Below are positions 62,201-64,000 of a stretch of DNA of 64,000 bases, one piece after another (within the stretch, counting starts at the first letter, position 1; each line of letters opens with the position of its first letter). The translations under genes and the position numbers were made by a program. The stretch covers positions 53,878,001 to 53,942,000 of the forward strand of contig NW_025964112.1 in assembly GCF_023055435.1 (NCBI RefSeq). The letters are read 5' to 3'. The notes below the pieces were generated by a model. It was not told the origin of the DNA. It worked only from the letters and a program-made list of their open reading frames with translations, and made no database searches. The DNA is from Haliotis rufescens. Taxonomy: Eukaryota.

Positions 62201-63729
62201 TACTGAACCAAATTAAAAACTTCACAATCCTAAATTTTTAACATTTTGACCAGTTATCATTGTGGGCCCTTACTGTGTATTTAAACAGTAATGGCCACGT
62301 ATTGTCTTCAGATAACACCCGTTTTTGTGCAGGTGAATCGATCAAAATCATGTGCACAGCACTATAGTGGCAAAAGTGTTTTTTCACGTGCAACTGGTCA
62401 CGTGGCCATAATACCACACGTGTTTTCAGCCATACTTGTTAGCAGTCATTAACAAAAAAAGAAAAACACAAGAAAACAAAAGTCTTTGCGGCCATTTGTC
62501 ATGCCACGCCTTTCAAATTTGCAACGTGAACGTGCCATCGGCATGTTGCAGACGGGAACGTCCGTAGATGAAGTAGCAAGGACGATGGGTTGTAGTCGAC
62601 GGACTGTTTATGATTTACAGACGCGTCTACAGCAAACGGGTACCACCGCTGATCGCCCTCGGCCAGGTCGGCCACGTGTGACGTCACATGCAGAGGATCG
62701 ACAGATTGTCTTACGTCACCTCTGTAACCGATTTTTGACGGCTACATCTACCAGAAATGAACTGTTTAGTGGTAGGCTGAGTACGCAAACTATTCGAAAC
62801 CGTCTGAGAACTGCTCACCTTCAAGCACGACGGCCATACTGTGGGCCGATTCTGACTCAATTACACAGACGTCAACGTCAATTGTGGGCACAGCGACACT
62901 TACGATGGACTCAGAGGAATTGGAATCAAGTCGTCTTCAGTGATGAATCCCGATTTAATCTTCGATTTGCTTATGGTAGGGCGAGGGTGTGGAGGCGCCG
63001 TCATGAACGTTACGCCCAGTGTTGTGTACAGGAAGTTGACAGATTTCGAGGCGGAAGTGTCATGGTGTGGGCTGCTTTCTGTGGCAATGCACGTTCCTCT
63101 TGTCATCCGTGGCAACCTCAACGCTGCTGCTTACCGCGACCAGGTACTGGCACCAGAACTTCTGCCTTTTATGGCAGCACATGGACCCGGTTTGATCTTC
63201 CAAGACGACAATGCCAGACCCCACACAGCCTTTTTGACAAGGAATTTCCTTCAGAATGCGGGAGTCAACGTCATGGACTGGCCGTCAAGGTCTCGCGACC
63301 TCAATCCCATCGAACACGTCTGGGATACTCTTGGCAGAAGTCTGCGCACTCTCCAGAACCAACCACAGAATTTGCAAGATCTTGGCATCATTTTGCAGCA
63401 ACAACGGCGTCGTCTTCCCAATCATGTGTTCACAAGCATCACAAGGTCCATGCGGAAGCGTTGTGTGGCAGTTTTCAACGCACATGGTGGCCATACACGC
63501 TACTGAACTTGTGTCCCATCAGATTCTCGTGCTTGGGACTTATGATTTAAACTGTTGATGTTATTACCGAATACCGTAGGTGCTTGGAACAAATTATGGT
63601 TACCACCGTTAATTAAAATCCTTCTTTGGACATTAATGATTAAAAATTACCTTCTCTGATACATTTGTCCGTTGTATATCATATATGGGATTACTTTAAA
63701 AAATGTGGAGTTTTTAATTTGACTCAGTA
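62201..63729 (+). mobile_element. Tc1/mariner (DD34E) DNA transposon, near full length
   Basis: TIRs tactgaaccaaattaaaaacttcaca / tgtggagtttttaatttgactcagta with TA flanks. Confidence 0.95.
62501..63506 (+). pseudogene. Tc1 transposase with one frameshift near 63095
   Basis: MPRLS..RERAIGML HTH, GRPRVT, VVFSDESRF, GGSVMVW in frame 1; FQDDNARPH...WPSRSRDLNPIEHVW, GGHTRY* in frame 2; D-to-E spacing 34. Confidence 0.93.
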
Positions 63730-64000
63730 TATTTATTTCAATAAATGTGTTTTCAAAAGCCCAAGCAATACTTTTGTGATAAATATAGTACATACATGTG
63801 CAAAAATAAGAATAAGAAGTAATACACACAGGGTTTGGCGTGACCAGCCAATTGATAGAACCGGGCCCATTCTACCATCCGTCTAGTTGAAGCTAGGGTC
63901 CAAACAGTGTGCTGGGCAAAGGAACACAGTTCAAGGAACCAGTGCCCTCAACTACCAGACTCCCCTCCTCAATCGACACAGGGGCGCAACCCACGGCAAA

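Overview
Eukaryotic, intron-rich, repeat-dense animal genomic DNA. The repeat repertoire suggests a mollusc, probably a gastropod; this is an inference, not a database result. Four protein-coding genes were reconstructed by hand with consistent GT-AG boundaries and phases. (1) The last two exons of a + strand ENPP-family gene (385-1327), in which the HGYDN metal-ligand His is replaced by Glu and the protein ends in a TM helix plus KxKxx. (2) A complete convergent - strand ENPP6-like gene (22102-2509, 7 exons, 437 aa, signal peptide and GPI-like tail). (3) A complete + strand PECR gene (32150-44672, 8 exons, 306 aa, ending SKL). (4) A - strand IgGFc-binding-domain plus PAN/apple gene (~52895-49640). 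The remainder is tRNA-derived SINEs, a non-tRNA SINE-like family with a structured head, a MITE family with 9-bp TSDs, many minisatellites, and a nested Gypsy-RT fragment / I-group LINE / Tc1 cluster at the right end. The most unusual pattern is that tandem repeats have been seeded from exon ends: about 31 copies of the ENPP6 exon-1 splice donor, about 15 copies of the PECR exon-7 donor, and a duplicated stop-codon region in the IgGFc gene. In addition, SINE tails form two ENPP6 donors, and a long intronic inverted repeat brackets ENPP6 exons 2-4.
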